A stretch of DNA of 64,000 bases from Leptolyngbyaceae cyanobacterium (GCA_965263355.1 CBDHHL010000033.1:10680-74679), one strand, 5' to 3'. Counted from the stretch's first letter, positions 18,840-29,074 are shown. Notes: generated by a model not told the origin, from the letters alone. A program made the numbers and translations.

Positions 18840-19011
18840 TTAGCTAAATCAACTTCGATCCCTTTCAATGGGCTGAAACAATCTACTCACGACGAGAAAG
18901 ATCTAACCATTATGCCGTCTTAGTTGTGCATTATTTCCTAAGCCAGGGCTAAACCCTTGGCGTACAACAATGATGATATCATGCTTTGTGGTGTGTTAAG
19001 CAGGTTTAACG

Positions 19012-20472
19012 TTGACCGCAAACAGTAGTTTCGACCCATCTCAGGCCATTGGGTATTATCGTGTTTCGACGCAACGGCAGGAGCAAGAGGGCCATAGTCC
19101 CGAGCGTTATTTAGAGCGTCTTGAAGCGGTCGGCATTGCTCCTACTGATATTTATTCTGATGCTGAATCCGGCGGCATATTCGAACGCAAGGATTTACAA
19201 AAAGCATTAGCCAGGTTGAAAAATCCTAATAAGAAATACTTTGTAGTCCCGTATCACTCCAGGGGTCATCGAGATATTGGAGTATGGGTAAAAATCAGGG
19301 ATGCACTTTTAGAAAATGACTGCGAATTAATCGAGCTGGACAAAGGGATCAAGCCTATCGACCTGACCAGTGCAGCCGGGAACCTGCAAGCTAACCTGGA
19401 TGCCACATTTGCGCAGCATCAACGAGACCAGGCACGAGAACACAGCGTAAAAGGGCACGCATTCAGGCGTAGTCAAAACAGGATAGTTAATCCGCCATTT
19501 GGCTATAAAAAGGACAGTGACCAGCGGCTAGTAATTAATGATGATATTTTCCCTGGTTCTGACGGGAAAACCTATCGGGAAATTGCTATTGAGATGATTG
19601 ACACTCTAATTGAGCTTGGAGGATATCGGGCCACTATTCGGGCAATGTGCGGTCGTTATGGCGAAAAGCATTCCGATAGATGGGGAGTCGCTAAAAACTT
19701 CCCTGTCAGTACTAAGGGATTTATGAGGTGGGTCCAGTCTCCCGTGATTCGTGGTTATCTGGTTGACTTCCCTGGCAAGCCTAATGAGCTAGTCAGGAAG
19801 GGAGACCATGAAGCGATTATGGACCCTGACCGATGGCGAGCTGTGAAAGTAACTGTCGAAAATATTGCCTCTGCCCCTAATCCGATGAACGATGGGAAGC
19901 CCAGAAGCAGAAAGCCATTAGCTGGCAAAATTAAGTGTGGCTTATGCGGCGGCAGGCATAATAATAGCACTGTCCACAGGCAGGGCAAAACGTATTCATA
20001 TCTGGTTTGCCGTGGAGGAGCAGAATCAACCATTAACAGTCGAGTGAAAAGGCAGTGCCCTTATAAGAATTCAATTAAAACGGATCAATTCTTCAAGGAA
20101 GTGATCTCACAGGTTTGCGCTAGGGCACTCGACATTGCTCAAGAATTTGCTGAGCCGAACACTGAAGTGAACCCAGAAATAATAAAACTCAGAAACCAAA
20201 TACAGCAGCTGCAGGCAATGGCTGATCCAGAACTGAGTGATGTGATTCAGATTAAGCAGCAGCAACTATCAAAGCTAGAGCAAGCCACTGGGCAAGACGT
20301 AGATCCAAACGACGTTGACATTTACGAAACGGTTGCTGCTGATCCTGAATTCTGGGAAGAACTAGCCCCCAGTGAACTAAGGATAATTCTTGACTCACTA
20401 ATCAAGCAGGTTGTTGTTCATGGGAAACAACTTTCGCCACAACAACGGGTAAAGGTTCAATTTTACCGTTAG
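19012..20472 (+). CDS. Large serine recombinase (integrase, XisF-like)
   Basis: GYYRVSTQRQ catalytic Ser; PPFGY recombinase domain; CGLCG..YLVC..C zinc ribbon; coiled coil. Confidence 0.92.
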   Translation: MTANSSFDPSQAIGYYRVSTQRQEQEGHSPERYLERLEAVGIAPTDIYSDAESGGIFERKDLQKALARLKNPNKKYFVVPYHSRGHRDIGVWVKIRDALLENDCELIELDKGIKPIDLTSAAGNLQANLDATFAQHQRDQAREHSVKGHAFRRSQNRIVNPPFGYKKDSDQRLVINDDIFPGSDGKTYREIAIEMIDTLIELGGYRATIRAMCGRYGEKHSDRWGVAKNFPVSTKGFMRWVQSPVIRGYLVDFPGKPNELVRKGDHEAIMDPDRWRAVKVTVENIASAPNPMNDGKPRSRKPLAGKIKCGLCGGRHNNSTVHRQGKTYSYLVCRGGAESTINSRVKRQCPYKNSIKTDQFFKEVISQVCARALDIAQEFAEPNTEVNPEIIKLRNQIQQLQAMADPELSDVIQIKQQQLSKLEQATGQDVDPNDVDIYETVAADPEFWEELAPSELRIILDSLIKQVVVHGKQLSPQQRVKVQFYR

Positions 20473-20529
20473 GGTATTTTTTCTCGTAATACTGTTTGGC
20501 GCGTTGCGTGAAGATCTCTTTAGCACTTG

Positions 20530-20787
20530 TCACCGTCTTCCTCCCAGCTTAAAACAGCGTTCTAAATGCTCCTCAGTCCCCAGCTTTGCAGCTGCCCGCC
20601 ACTGCTCCGTGCGTCGCCGATCTTGCAGGGATATCCAGTAGACGACCATCGTCGTTATCCCAACAGCCAACAGAGCGAATGGCAAGATAATTATCCCGAA
20701 TATTATTTCCGGCCATGACGCCCCATCAGGCTCAGGCTCAGGGCGAGGATATTGTAAATTCATTTTGTTTTGATTCCAGACTGTCAT
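20530..20787 (-). CDS. Small membrane protein
   Basis: Long hydrophobic segment. Confidence 0.55.
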   Translation of the reverse strand: MTVWNQNKMNLQYPRPEPEPDGASWPEIIFGIIILPFALLAVGITTMVVYWISLQDRRRTEQWRAAAKLGTEEHLERCFKLGGRR

Positions 20788-21041
20788 GCTGCCTCCCGCC
20801 GTCGCTGGACAAATTGATTGTTTCGGCCTCGCGCATCTTTAGTGATTGCCCCCCTTTGGCCATACCAAAACATGAGTTGGGCTGTCGATTGAGCCCCTAC
20901 TTTATCAACAGCTAGCTTGATGTGAGAGCGAATAACAATAGTGGTTATTCCTAGTTTGCTCGCAATTTTTTTGTTATGCATGCCCTGAGCCAGCATTGAA
21001 ACAATGCTGTGCTGTCTTGGCGTTAGTTCAAGTGGGTTCAT
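20784..21041 (-). CDS. LuxR-type HTH protein
   Basis: LTPRQHSIVSMLAQGMHNKKIASKLGI. Confidence 0.85.
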   Translation of the reverse strand: MNPLELTPRQHSIVSMLAQGMHNKKIASKLGITTIVIRSHIKLAVDKVGAQSTAQLMFWYGQRGAITKDARGRNNQFVQRRREAA

Positions 21042-22054
21042 GCTGTCAATACCTCCCAAATATCCAGTTGTTTTTTGCTTGTAGTTTTTCGACCGTCTAC
21101 GTAAGCCTCGCCGTCCACAGGTAAGCAAGCTGGAGACAACCAGAGTGTTTCTAGTTCTCGATTGTTGTTCTCCGCTTTAGTGTTCTGTCCTGCATATCCT
21201 TTGCCACATTTCCAGCGCACTTTACGCCAGTCTCCAGGCATTTCATGTTCACCTTCATAGCCGCACAACACGATCCTTAGGCTAGGGTTTTCCCCGTTCT
21301 CCGTGGCCCATTCTCGAACTTTTTCGCTCACTTCAGTTTCTACTGAGTAAAGATCCGCTCTTAAATCCTGACGATAGGGTGGGTCCAACAAAATCGCTGT
21401 AAGCCCTATTTTATGGGTAGGGGATGGGCCTAAAACCCGTTGCCAGTCCCCACAACAAACACGAACACGCCGCAGCCTGTCAGCCAGTGCATGAAGATAC
21501 TCAAACAAGTCTCCCTGTTCGTGGCCACCTAAATGAGGTCTTTTGCGATGGACTCCCCGCCCGTAACGTAAATCGGGTCTTTTGCGATGGACTCCCCGCC
21601 CAGTGTCACCTAAATGAGGTAGCTGCGTTGAAGCTGCCTTATTTAGGTGGCACCAACCCGAACCAATCCAGCAGCACAGCCCCCACACCCACCAGCCAGC
21701 AACCTTGGCGTCATAAAAGTCAGGATCTCTTAGCATCTTTTCCCTGAAGTCAGCACGAGAGATCAGCCAATTATGCCGAGCATGTAGGTCAGCTTCATTG
21801 ACTGGCTGATCGCACCAATGGAAAACGCTATCAGGGTCATGCTGCAATGCACGCCAAAAATTGGCGACATAACAATCTAAGTCGTTGACTGTTTCAGTAT
21901 GTTGCAACGGATCGTACCCTTCCCGTAACAACACAGTGGCCAGACTGCCCGCGAACGGTTCTACATAGTTTGGGACATCCCCAAACGCTTGCCAGATCAA
22001 ATGGGCGGCTCGACTTTTCCCGCCAAACCAAGGGAAAGGTGCTTTAAGCTTCAT
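21038..22054 (-). CDS. DNA adenine methyltransferase (Dam/D12 class)
   Basis: PFPWFGGKS, YVEPFAGS, NDLD and LDPPY motifs. Confidence 0.9.
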   Translation of the reverse strand: MKLKAPFPWFGGKSRAAHLIWQAFGDVPNYVEPFAGSLATVLLREGYDPLQHTETVNDLDCYVANFWRALQHDPDSVFHWCDQPVNEADLHARHNWLISRADFREKMLRDPDFYDAKVAGWWVWGLCCWIGSGWCHLNKAASTQLPHLGDTGRGVHRKRPDLRYGRGVHRKRPHLGGHEQGDLFEYLHALADRLRRVRVCCGDWQRVLGPSPTHKIGLTAILLDPPYRQDLRADLYSVETEVSEKVREWATENGENPSLRIVLCGYEGEHEMPGDWRKVRWKCGKGYAGQNTKAENNNRELETLWLSPACLPVDGEAYVDGRKTTSKKQLDIWEVLTA

Positions 22055-22236
22055 GCCTCACCCTCCACAACCGCTACATAGCCTTGCTTCAGTAAAGCCT
22101 GGAACCTCTGAAAGTCAGTTAACCCAATCGCCCACGCGTGCTTATTTAGCGGCTGCCATGGCTCGGCTGGGTCGTCACGAAAAACTGGATATGCCCTAGC
22201 CCCGTCACATTGTTGCCAAGTTATTTGCTTCATCAC
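22051..22236 (-). CDS. Hypothetical protein
   Basis: ATGA-coupled within the operon. Confidence 0.55.
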   Translation of the reverse strand: MMKQITWQQCDGARAYPVFRDDPAEPWQPLNKHAWAIGLTDFQRFQALLKQGYVAVVEGEA

Positions 22237-22610
22237 GACAAATCCAAGCTCATCTGTACAGTTGTTTCAACATGGGCAGCTCCACACTGCTGCAGCGCCT
22301 GAATTTCAGCCATCACTTGCTTAGGCGTAACAAAGCGCTCGCCTCCGTTCTTTTTGGTGCCTACCCAGTCAGAACAGAACTTTTCAATATCAAAATTCTC
22401 TAGCCCATCCTCACCAACTCGCTCAACCATAAGGGCAAAGCGGATAAAGTGAGCCGTGTTAATCACCCCCTGATCCCACCAGCGGATTAAGTCATACTGG
22501 CTTACTTTGATCGGTGATCGGCTGTATTTCAGCTCGACTTTTTCACTGAGATCTTCATGAGTCAGTTGCCCTGGCACGGTGTCGGGCTCGGTGGTCAATG
22601 TTATCGTCAT
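22233..22610 (-). CDS. Hypothetical protein
   Basis: ATGA-coupled within the operon. Confidence 0.6.
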   Translation of the reverse strand: MTITLTTEPDTVPGQLTHEDLSEKVELKYSRSPIKVSQYDLIRWWDQGVINTAHFIRFALMVERVGEDGLENFDIEKFCSDWVGTKKNGGERFVTPKQVMAEIQALQQCGAAHVETTVQMSLDLS

Positions 22611-23023
22611 GCTATTTTCTCCAACAAATTTAACTGTCCTGTTCTCTCTGCCTTAACCTGTCGCTTCCGAAATCTCGAACTAGTCGAGTTGTCATACTCC
22701 AAATGACACACAGAGCACAACGCCTTTAGATTCCCTCGACTGCAATCCTCAGGCTTATGGTTGAGATGCGCCACAGTAAGCACAAAGCGAGTGGGCTTTT
22801 GAATCTTCATGAGTCCAAACTCTTCCGCATCTTCCCACTCTTCTGTGGGCCAACACTCCTCAAGTACGCCATTCCAGTTAATGCGTTGCATCATGCCCTG
22901 TAATGACTCTCCAGGCTTACGACATGGCCTACCACATTCCTCGCAGCGCCAGTTAGCCTGTTGCTTGACTCCGTGCGCTATTTCCTCCCAGTTGTCGGGG
23001 TATAAGTTTCTGTCCCAAGTCAT
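22607..23023 (-). CDS. HNH endonuclease-like protein
   Basis: CEECG...LTVAHLNH...NLKALCSVCHL. Confidence 0.85.
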   Translation of the reverse strand: MTWDRNLYPDNWEEIAHGVKQQANWRCEECGRPCRKPGESLQGMMQRINWNGVLEECWPTEEWEDAEEFGLMKIQKPTRFVLTVAHLNHKPEDCSRGNLKALCSVCHLEYDNSTSSRFRKRQVKAERTGQLNLLEKIA

Positions 23024-23175
23024 CTAAGCCACCTCACGCTCATAGTTGGCAGAACCCATAAGATCTCGTTCTCAGCCTTCACCAGCTTCGGCCAATGCCA
23101 TCGCCACAGTTTGGGCTCAAAGAACTGATAGCGAGTGCCCGTAATCCAATGTTCGTCAAATGTTTCTCGTCTCAT
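23020..23175 (-). CDS. 51-aa Trp-rich hypothetical protein (missed by ORF track)
   Basis: MRRETFDEHWITG...VRWLR; ATGA overlap with the HNH start; GAGG upstream. Confidence 0.55.
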   Translation of the reverse strand: MRRETFDEHWITGTRYQFFEPKLWRWHWPKLVKAENEILWVLPTMSVRWLR

Positions 23176-23220
23176 GGTTCCTCGTCATTTCACTAACTTC
23201 TTTGAATTTGAATAGATCCT

Positions 23221-23766
23221 TTAGTCTTGAAACACCTCAATAACTTTTCCATCTTCATTCCCTAATAAAAAGCCAACAGTTATTAATTGCACTTTGGGCC
23301 TATAAACTGAGCGACCATTCCTTTTTACTTTTCGCCACCCCCACAGCTCCAATGTCGTGTTACCTGCAGACAACCACAATGCACAAGTCTCTGAATTTTC
23401 TTTGAGCTTATTAATATGTGGATTCCAGTCAGTAGCACACGCCTGTAATGCTCTGATTTTAGTATTCTTGAAACCCTCAAAATAAGAACTTAAATTGCCA
23501 AAAATTTCGCCAGGATTATAATCACACTCAATAGCAATTGCATCAAAAATCCCAAACATATCTTTCTTGCATCCACTGTGATTATTGAAGCTTTCAACAT
23601 CAGCAACTATCAAGCGCTTTCCCTGATGCCGTGCGATTGCTTTGACTGTTCGCATGGTTTTTATCTTCGTGTTCCCCATCTTACTGAACGACTGCAATGG
23701 GGCAACGCAATTAGATTTTAACTCTTTTAATTTAGGGTATTTGTTAATATTTAATGTAGCTGACAT
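23221..23766 (-). CDS. Putative PD-(D/E)XK nuclease
   Basis: KDMFGIFDAIA...ALQAC...ELWGWRK. Confidence 0.55.
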   Translation of the reverse strand: MSATLNINKYPKLKELKSNCVAPLQSFSKMGNTKIKTMRTVKAIARHQGKRLIVADVESFNNHSGCKKDMFGIFDAIAIECDYNPGEIFGNLSSYFEGFKNTKIRALQACATDWNPHINKLKENSETCALWLSAGNTTLELWGWRKVKRNGRSVYRPKVQLITVGFLLGNEDGKVIEVFQD

Positions 23767-24314
23767 TAACTTACCTCCAGCAAATTTAACTGCTGTTTTT
23801 GCGCACTTCGTGAATCAGTTCGTCTATCTTTTTTCTCAAGCACGGCTAAACATTTAACAGGGCACTTAAACAAACGATTAGACTCATTCCTGACTGCTGC
23901 CATCGCATCTAACCCGGCACCTTCTGTTAGTTCGATAACGTGTTTTTGTAAAAGCTCTTCAGTTGTTTTGCTGGCAACTTCACACGCCTTAAATCGTGCT
24001 TCAATCTGTTTAATTCGATTACGTTTATGGCTATCTTGAGCGATTTTTAACTGTTCGGCTAACCAATCTAAGTACGGACCCATCACTATCAAAACCGTGT
24101 CGCCCGTCATTGGCCAGAAACTAAATGGCTCTACTTTGCAACGGGGCATCTGTTGGCTAGTGGTGATGTCTACTAGATCCACATAAGCTTGGTGGTTTTC
24201 TTTATTGATCATGCGATCAACAACGCGATATGGGCGTTCATGACTGGAATCCCCACGGATGCATATCAACTCATCAATGCGCGGAAGGTTGTTTTTGTCT
24301 GTACTAAAAAACAT
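23766..24314 (-). CDS. Hypothetical protein
   Basis: 182 aa, AAGGAG SD upstream. Confidence 0.65.
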   Translation of the reverse strand: MFFSTDKNNLPRIDELICIRGDSSHERPYRVVDRMINKENHQAYVDLVDITTSQQMPRCKVEPFSFWPMTGDTVLIVMGPYLDWLAEQLKIAQDSHKRNRIKQIEARFKACEVASKTTEELLQKHVIELTEGAGLDAMAAVRNESNRLFKCPVKCLAVLEKKDRRTDSRSAQKQQLNLLEVS

Positions 24315-24334
24315 CAGAAGCTCCTTGAGTATTA

Positions 24335-24628
24335 AGTGGCCAGGGTGGCCAGGGGTGGATCACGGGTGGCCAGGGGTGGCCAAAAACTTGAAAGTACTGA
24401 GATTAAAGGGCTGTAGCCAGGGTGGCCAGGGTGGCCAGGTGTCCGGGGTAAAAAAGCAAAGTAGCAGGATTTGATTTTTTTTTTGACTAAAAACGCTCGA
24501 AAATTTCATCTTTGTCTGAAGCTAATCTTTTACCCTGGCCACCCTGGCCACCCTGGCCACCCCCGGCCTGCGGTCGTTCTGGCGATATAGACTTTTCGGC
24601 CACCAGGTGGCCACCCTGGCCACCTGGC
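24335..24628. repeat. Putative replication origin: opposed arrays of GGGTGGCCA 9-mers around an A/T-rich core
   Basis: About 7 copies in 24335-24440 and about 6-7 inverted copies in 24533-24628, at the 3' end of the primase-helicase. Confidence 0.7.
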
Positions 24629-26313
24629 TTTATTTCGGTTCGATGCTCTTTTGTGGGCTCCCACTGAGAAAAAAGTTCTAGGCTGCCTTCTTGGCATGAT
24701 TGCTTTCTGCAGATAAGGTTATTTCGACTTAGCCCTGTTGCAGGATCTTCGTCTTGTTCAAAGACTCCAGAAATTGCTTGAATCCAAGACCATTTAGCTG
24801 GCAATCTTTTTAGTTTGCCGTCGTTGCCCCTTTCTTCAGTCTCACCCGGCTTCGCTCGTCGTCTAGGTGTGTAGTGTTTTGGGATAATGGTTTTCAAGTG
24901 GCTAATAAACTTTGGTTGCCCTTTTGGGGTAAGCGAATGAGCCTTGCAGTAGGCCGTGTACCAATCGTGGATAAGCCCTGGATGGACAATCGGCTCAGCG
25001 GCTTTACTGCCAAAAGGAATAGGAATTAAGCATCTATCAACAAAGCTCGCAACACTGTCACCATGGGTTTTAGATTCGTGCATTGATGTAGCGATACGGT
25101 CTGAGTAATCCCATGGTTTTTTAATGACTTGATTGCGCTCTTTTTTGTCCATCGACAATGCCCACGCTATAATTCCTGCCCTGTTTTCTTCTAATTGATT
25201 TTCTAAATTAGGGATCTCTGAACTTTCCGTTCTGCGTTGAGTTAATAATGGAATTACTCGTCGATCCCAGCCCCCAGCCGAGTTTTCCAGCTGAAGGTAT
25301 TCAACTGAAGCGATCGCAAATCGTACGTCCCACTGGATGCTATAAGCTGCCGACGAGAACAACGCTCGGCCTGACATGGGGCCATTATCAACAAGTTCGT
25401 AAAATGCTTCTAACCCTTTTTGGTACCCTTGAATGTCTGGAATCACGTAAAGGCTTGCGCCTTGTAGATTTTGATGACGTTTGTCAGCGTCAATAAATTC
25501 ACTAAATGAATTACCAGACCTGGCGCTGTCTTCGCCGAAAAGTTTCTGAAGCAATCGAATCATTACTCCTTTACCTGATCCAGATGGCCCAACAATATGA
25601 ATGAACTTCCCCCATGGAGCAGTGGGATCTAAGATCATGCTGATAGCAGCGCGCACTATCAGCACCATGTCTTCACCGTAGCTACTAAGAAGAAAATCCA
25701 TGAAGACCTGAGGGCATTGAGCGTCAGGGTCGTAATCACATGAAATAGCACTAGTTAAATAATGATCTGGTGAATGCTGGGTAGTTGCGCCCGTACGCAT
25801 GTCAACAGTGCAATTCTTAAATGCCCGTAAATGCTTATTGCTTGGGAGTGATTTTGATAGCTTCGTCAAAATACTTCTCGCGTACTTCAACCCGCTGCTA
25901 GCCGCTGAAATAGACCCACAATATCTTTTGTATCGAGCATTCTTAGGCCCTATCCACTTGAATGTCTTGTCTGTAGTTAGAGTGATAGCCTTAAGAACAT
26001 CCTGATCAGGTACAGCCGACCAGTACCCGTGGTCTCTGTTGTACTGATAGAACGCATCATTTAAGACTGTATAACTCCCTTTCCCGAAACAGCATCGATA
26101 CAAATGCATATCCATTGTTATAGACGGCTTTAACTCATGCTCACTTTCGCTAACTTGCTTTTTTTCTTTTTCTTGTCGTTTTAGTCGTTGATATCGCGAG
26201 GCAAATTCTTTGGCCTCGCGATCAATTGGCTTGAATTGAGTAGCGTTAAGCCCAGAAATCTTCTGAAGCTCAGCCATATACATCTGCAATTCAGCCGTAC
26301 TAATTTTTTTCAT
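24487..26313 (-). CDS. D5/P4-family primase-associated SF3 helicase
   Basis: FKNCTVDM..HSPDHYLT (D5_N), GPSGSGKG Walker A, WDRR arginine finger. Confidence 0.88.
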   Translation of the reverse strand: MKKISTAELQMYMAELQKISGLNATQFKPIDREAKEFASRYQRLKRQEKEKKQVSESEHELKPSITMDMHLYRCCFGKGSYTVLNDAFYQYNRDHGYWSAVPDQDVLKAITLTTDKTFKWIGPKNARYKRYCGSISAASSGLKYARSILTKLSKSLPSNKHLRAFKNCTVDMRTGATTQHSPDHYLTSAISCDYDPDAQCPQVFMDFLLSSYGEDMVLIVRAAISMILDPTAPWGKFIHIVGPSGSGKGVMIRLLQKLFGEDSARSGNSFSEFIDADKRHQNLQGASLYVIPDIQGYQKGLEAFYELVDNGPMSGRALFSSAAYSIQWDVRFAIASVEYLQLENSAGGWDRRVIPLLTQRRTESSEIPNLENQLEENRAGIIAWALSMDKKERNQVIKKPWDYSDRIATSMHESKTHGDSVASFVDRCLIPIPFGSKAAEPIVHPGLIHDWYTAYCKAHSLTPKGQPKFISHLKTIIPKHYTPRRRAKPGETEERGNDGKLKRLPAKWSWIQAISGVFEQDEDPATGLSRNNLICRKQSCQEGSLELFSQWEPTKEHRTEIKPGGQGGHLVAEKSISPERPQAGGGQGGQGGQGKRLASDKDEIFERF

Positions 26314-27071
26314 GCAGCAGCATCTCCCATAAGATATGCGTGCTTAGCTGCTACTCGGATACACTCAGCTCGAAGACGGGAAGGATAATTTGCAAATCGC
26401 TTTGACCATTCCCACAAAAACTGATCTGGCCACATAGCTGTATTTAATAAATCCTGATATTCTTCAGCAGTGTGACCCAGCTTGAAATATTCACACAATC
26501 CACCCTTTGGAAACCCTTCTAATTCAGGGACTAATTGAATTTTGCCGTTGCAGTAATGAGCACCTTTAATTAAAGCTGAAGCTACTTTAGGGTTTTTCCA
26601 GCCATCGCTATCAAATAATATGATTAGTTTGTTGTCAGGTTGAAGGGCTTTAGAAGTGTGGGACACCCCCGCCAAGCACCCTGTCGGAGTGCGGCCATGC
26701 AGTGTTCCAGCCCAAGCGTCTTTAGCACCTTCTGTGATGACTAAGCATCCCTTAGGTAACATTGCTTCCGCACGGGCCTTAATGGGAGTCAAATATTTAG
26801 CTGGTTTGCTACCACGCATTGGTGGATTGTCGCACCTGATTTGAGCAAAGGTTCTAGTAAATGGAAATTTCAACCCAGACGAAGATATGTATTGATTGTT
26901 CTCCGCGTCCCAAACCTTGAATCCCTCTTTAAGGGATTGCATCTTAGTAAGAGATTTAACCCCGGCTTGCTCCATTTCCCAAATGTGGTCAGGGCTAAAT
27001 CCTTCTTCTAGTAGATGAGTGTAGTGCTCTGTCACTAGCTCGGTGTCTAGCGTTTGGGCGATTTTAGTCAT
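26310..27071 (-). CDS. Primase domain protein (Toprim, DUF3854-like)
   Basis: KYLTP, ITEGAKDA and ILFDSD motifs; ATGA-coupled to the helicase. Confidence 0.8.
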   Translation of the reverse strand: MTKIAQTLDTELVTEHYTHLLEEGFSPDHIWEMEQAGVKSLTKMQSLKEGFKVWDAENNQYISSSGLKFPFTRTFAQIRCDNPPMRGSKPAKYLTPIKARAEAMLPKGCLVITEGAKDAWAGTLHGRTPTGCLAGVSHTSKALQPDNKLIILFDSDGWKNPKVASALIKGAHYCNGKIQLVPELEGFPKGGLCEYFKLGHTAEEYQDLLNTAMWPDQFLWEWSKRFANYPSRLRAECIRVAAKHAYLMGDAAA

Positions 27072-27101
27072 GTAACTACTCCTTAACGAGTTTCAGGAAA
27101 A

Positions 27102-29048
27102 CTATTCAGCAATAAACAGCCGATGGGATGGCCGAGTCATTGCTACATACAAAAGTTGATTGCGCTCATATACCCTTTGAAACTTCTCTGTCCCAGGTAG
27201 CTGAACCGTATTTACTTTCTTGTTTGTCAAAATATTCGCAGCATCGACAAATACGTTACGGAAAGTAGAGCCCTGACTTTTATGAACTGTAAGGCTATAG
27301 GCATAATCAACGTAGGCAAACTGAGCGCGATTTTCATGCCACTCGCGCCATAATTGCTTCTGGCCATTAACAGCCTTTTGCTTCAATTCTTTTTGAGTAC
27401 GATCAAATTCTTTGCAGCAATCCTCATGTAATACAGGGATTAACTTAGATGCCCCATCCTCAAAACGAATAATATCTAAAAACCAAACCTTCCAGCGTCC
27501 TTCCATCCCAACGGACACCCCATTGACTTCCATCTCAGCAGAAGTACTCAAAATAGTTGTATGACCACCCCCAAATGGGCTAAGAATAGAATAATGGTCT
27601 GTAGCTATTAGTCTGTCCCCTTCAACAAAACGAGGCGCACCTGTGCCACGGATAACAGTTCTAATCATTTTATTTAGCGACGCCACACGCTTGTTGGTAT
27701 AGGCTAGAACCCTGCAATAATTAGGATCTTCTAGATAATTCTCTGAACGAAACAGTTTAATGATTGTTTCGTTCCAACTATCTTGAGTTAGAACGAATAA
27801 CCCCTCAGATCCATCTTCTGTGTATTCAGATTCAAAGAATGGTTCGCCTCTGCGTCCAAGGTTGCTACGGATGTTGTCAGCCATTGCAGCGATTGAACCT
27901 CGATAGCGCATGACCTCTGATAGATGACTGCTGTCATTAATTTCCAAAAAGGCTTTAGACATTGCTTCATTTACTGGCGGCAATTGTGCTGGGTCACCCA
28001 TAAATAAAATGCGGGTGAACATGTTTGCCTCTTCAGCCAAATATCCCCAAAGCTCCTCGTTGACCATTGAGGTTTCATCCACGACAACCAAGTCATAGTC
28101 TTGGATCACAGACTCTTCTGAATATGACTTCTTGAATCGCTGCCTACCTGTCTCATATTCAATAACAGGTTTCAACCCAAGTAATTTGGCACAGGTGATG
28201 CATTCCACGTCTAATCGCCATCGATTCACCATGCCTCTTAGAACATTGGCAGCTTTATTGGTAGGCGCTGTAAATACAATTCGCCCTTTATATCCTTCTG
28301 CTCTTAAATCTCTTAGCCACGCCTGGACTAAGCTGGTTTTCCCGGAGCCCGCATAACCTGTAAGCAGGTACATAATCGACTCACCATAGGCAAACTTTTT
28401 GAGGTTGCTAAGAGCATTTAACTGGCCATCATTGGCATAAATACCAGGCAGCATTTCGTAAGGCTCACTGTCTTTATCAGCAAGTCTTTTAGTCTCTAAA
28501 TAATCATTCGCCAGACTGTCAACCTGTTTAGGCCCAAAAATATCATCAGCTAGATGATCTATTTCATCTAGCCATTCTTGGCTCTCATTGATTTGATCTA
28601 AATATCCTGATTCAATAGCATACGCAATATGACCGCATTCATTCCCATTGCTGTAAGCTTCACAGGTGCAGCTAAGCTCACCTTCTCCAATTAGCTCTAA
28701 CGTATACGGGCCAGTCCCTTTAGATTCATTCCATACTTGGTTGCCATCAATGCGATAACAATTAATCCATCTTTTAGGCAGAATTATCTCAGGATCAGCT
28801 TTGCGTAATTGTCGCCAATATTTCCGGCATATCCTCCATGCATGAAATTCTTGCTTAGGGGTCAGACCTCCGTACTGCTTGATAGCCTGTGCTAAGCTAT
28901 TCCCATACTCTGTGTCAACGCCATTAAATCCAATGCCATCTATAGTGTGAGCGCCATCACAGCTATTAGACAGAAATAAAATTGCAGACTTGATAAGCTT
29001 TGATTGAATATCTTCTTTGGTTTTTGGTTGCGATTCTTTCAGATACAT
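27102..29048 (-). CDS. SF1 RecD/Dda-like helicase with N-terminal SWIM finger
   Basis: CTCEA..CGH; GYAGSGKT, APTNKA, VVDETSM, GDPAQL, TVHKSQGSTF, LLYVAMTR. Confidence 0.92.
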   Translation of the reverse strand: MYLKESQPKTKEDIQSKLIKSAILFLSNSCDGAHTIDGIGFNGVDTEYGNSLAQAIKQYGGLTPKQEFHAWRICRKYWRQLRKADPEIILPKRWINCYRIDGNQVWNESKGTGPYTLELIGEGELSCTCEAYSNGNECGHIAYAIESGYLDQINESQEWLDEIDHLADDIFGPKQVDSLANDYLETKRLADKDSEPYEMLPGIYANDGQLNALSNLKKFAYGESIMYLLTGYAGSGKTSLVQAWLRDLRAEGYKGRIVFTAPTNKAANVLRGMVNRWRLDVECITCAKLLGLKPVIEYETGRQRFKKSYSEESVIQDYDLVVVDETSMVNEELWGYLAEEANMFTRILFMGDPAQLPPVNEAMSKAFLEINDSSHLSEVMRYRGSIAAMADNIRSNLGRRGEPFFESEYTEDGSEGLFVLTQDSWNETIIKLFRSENYLEDPNYCRVLAYTNKRVASLNKMIRTVIRGTGAPRFVEGDRLIATDHYSILSPFGGGHTTILSTSAEMEVNGVSVGMEGRWKVWFLDIIRFEDGASKLIPVLHEDCCKEFDRTQKELKQKAVNGQKQLWREWHENRAQFAYVDYAYSLTVHKSQGSTFRNVFVDAANILTNKKVNTVQLPGTEKFQRVYERNQLLYVAMTRPSHRLFIAE

Positions 29049-29074
29049 GGCTTACTAGGGTTAACTATCGTTTG

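Noticed and set aside
21526..21620. CRISPR-like repeat in the Dam-like gene
   Set aside because: Only two in-frame copies encoding GRGVHRKRP; a coding repeat.
24335..24628. CRISPR array
   Set aside because: 9-bp units with no unique spacers.
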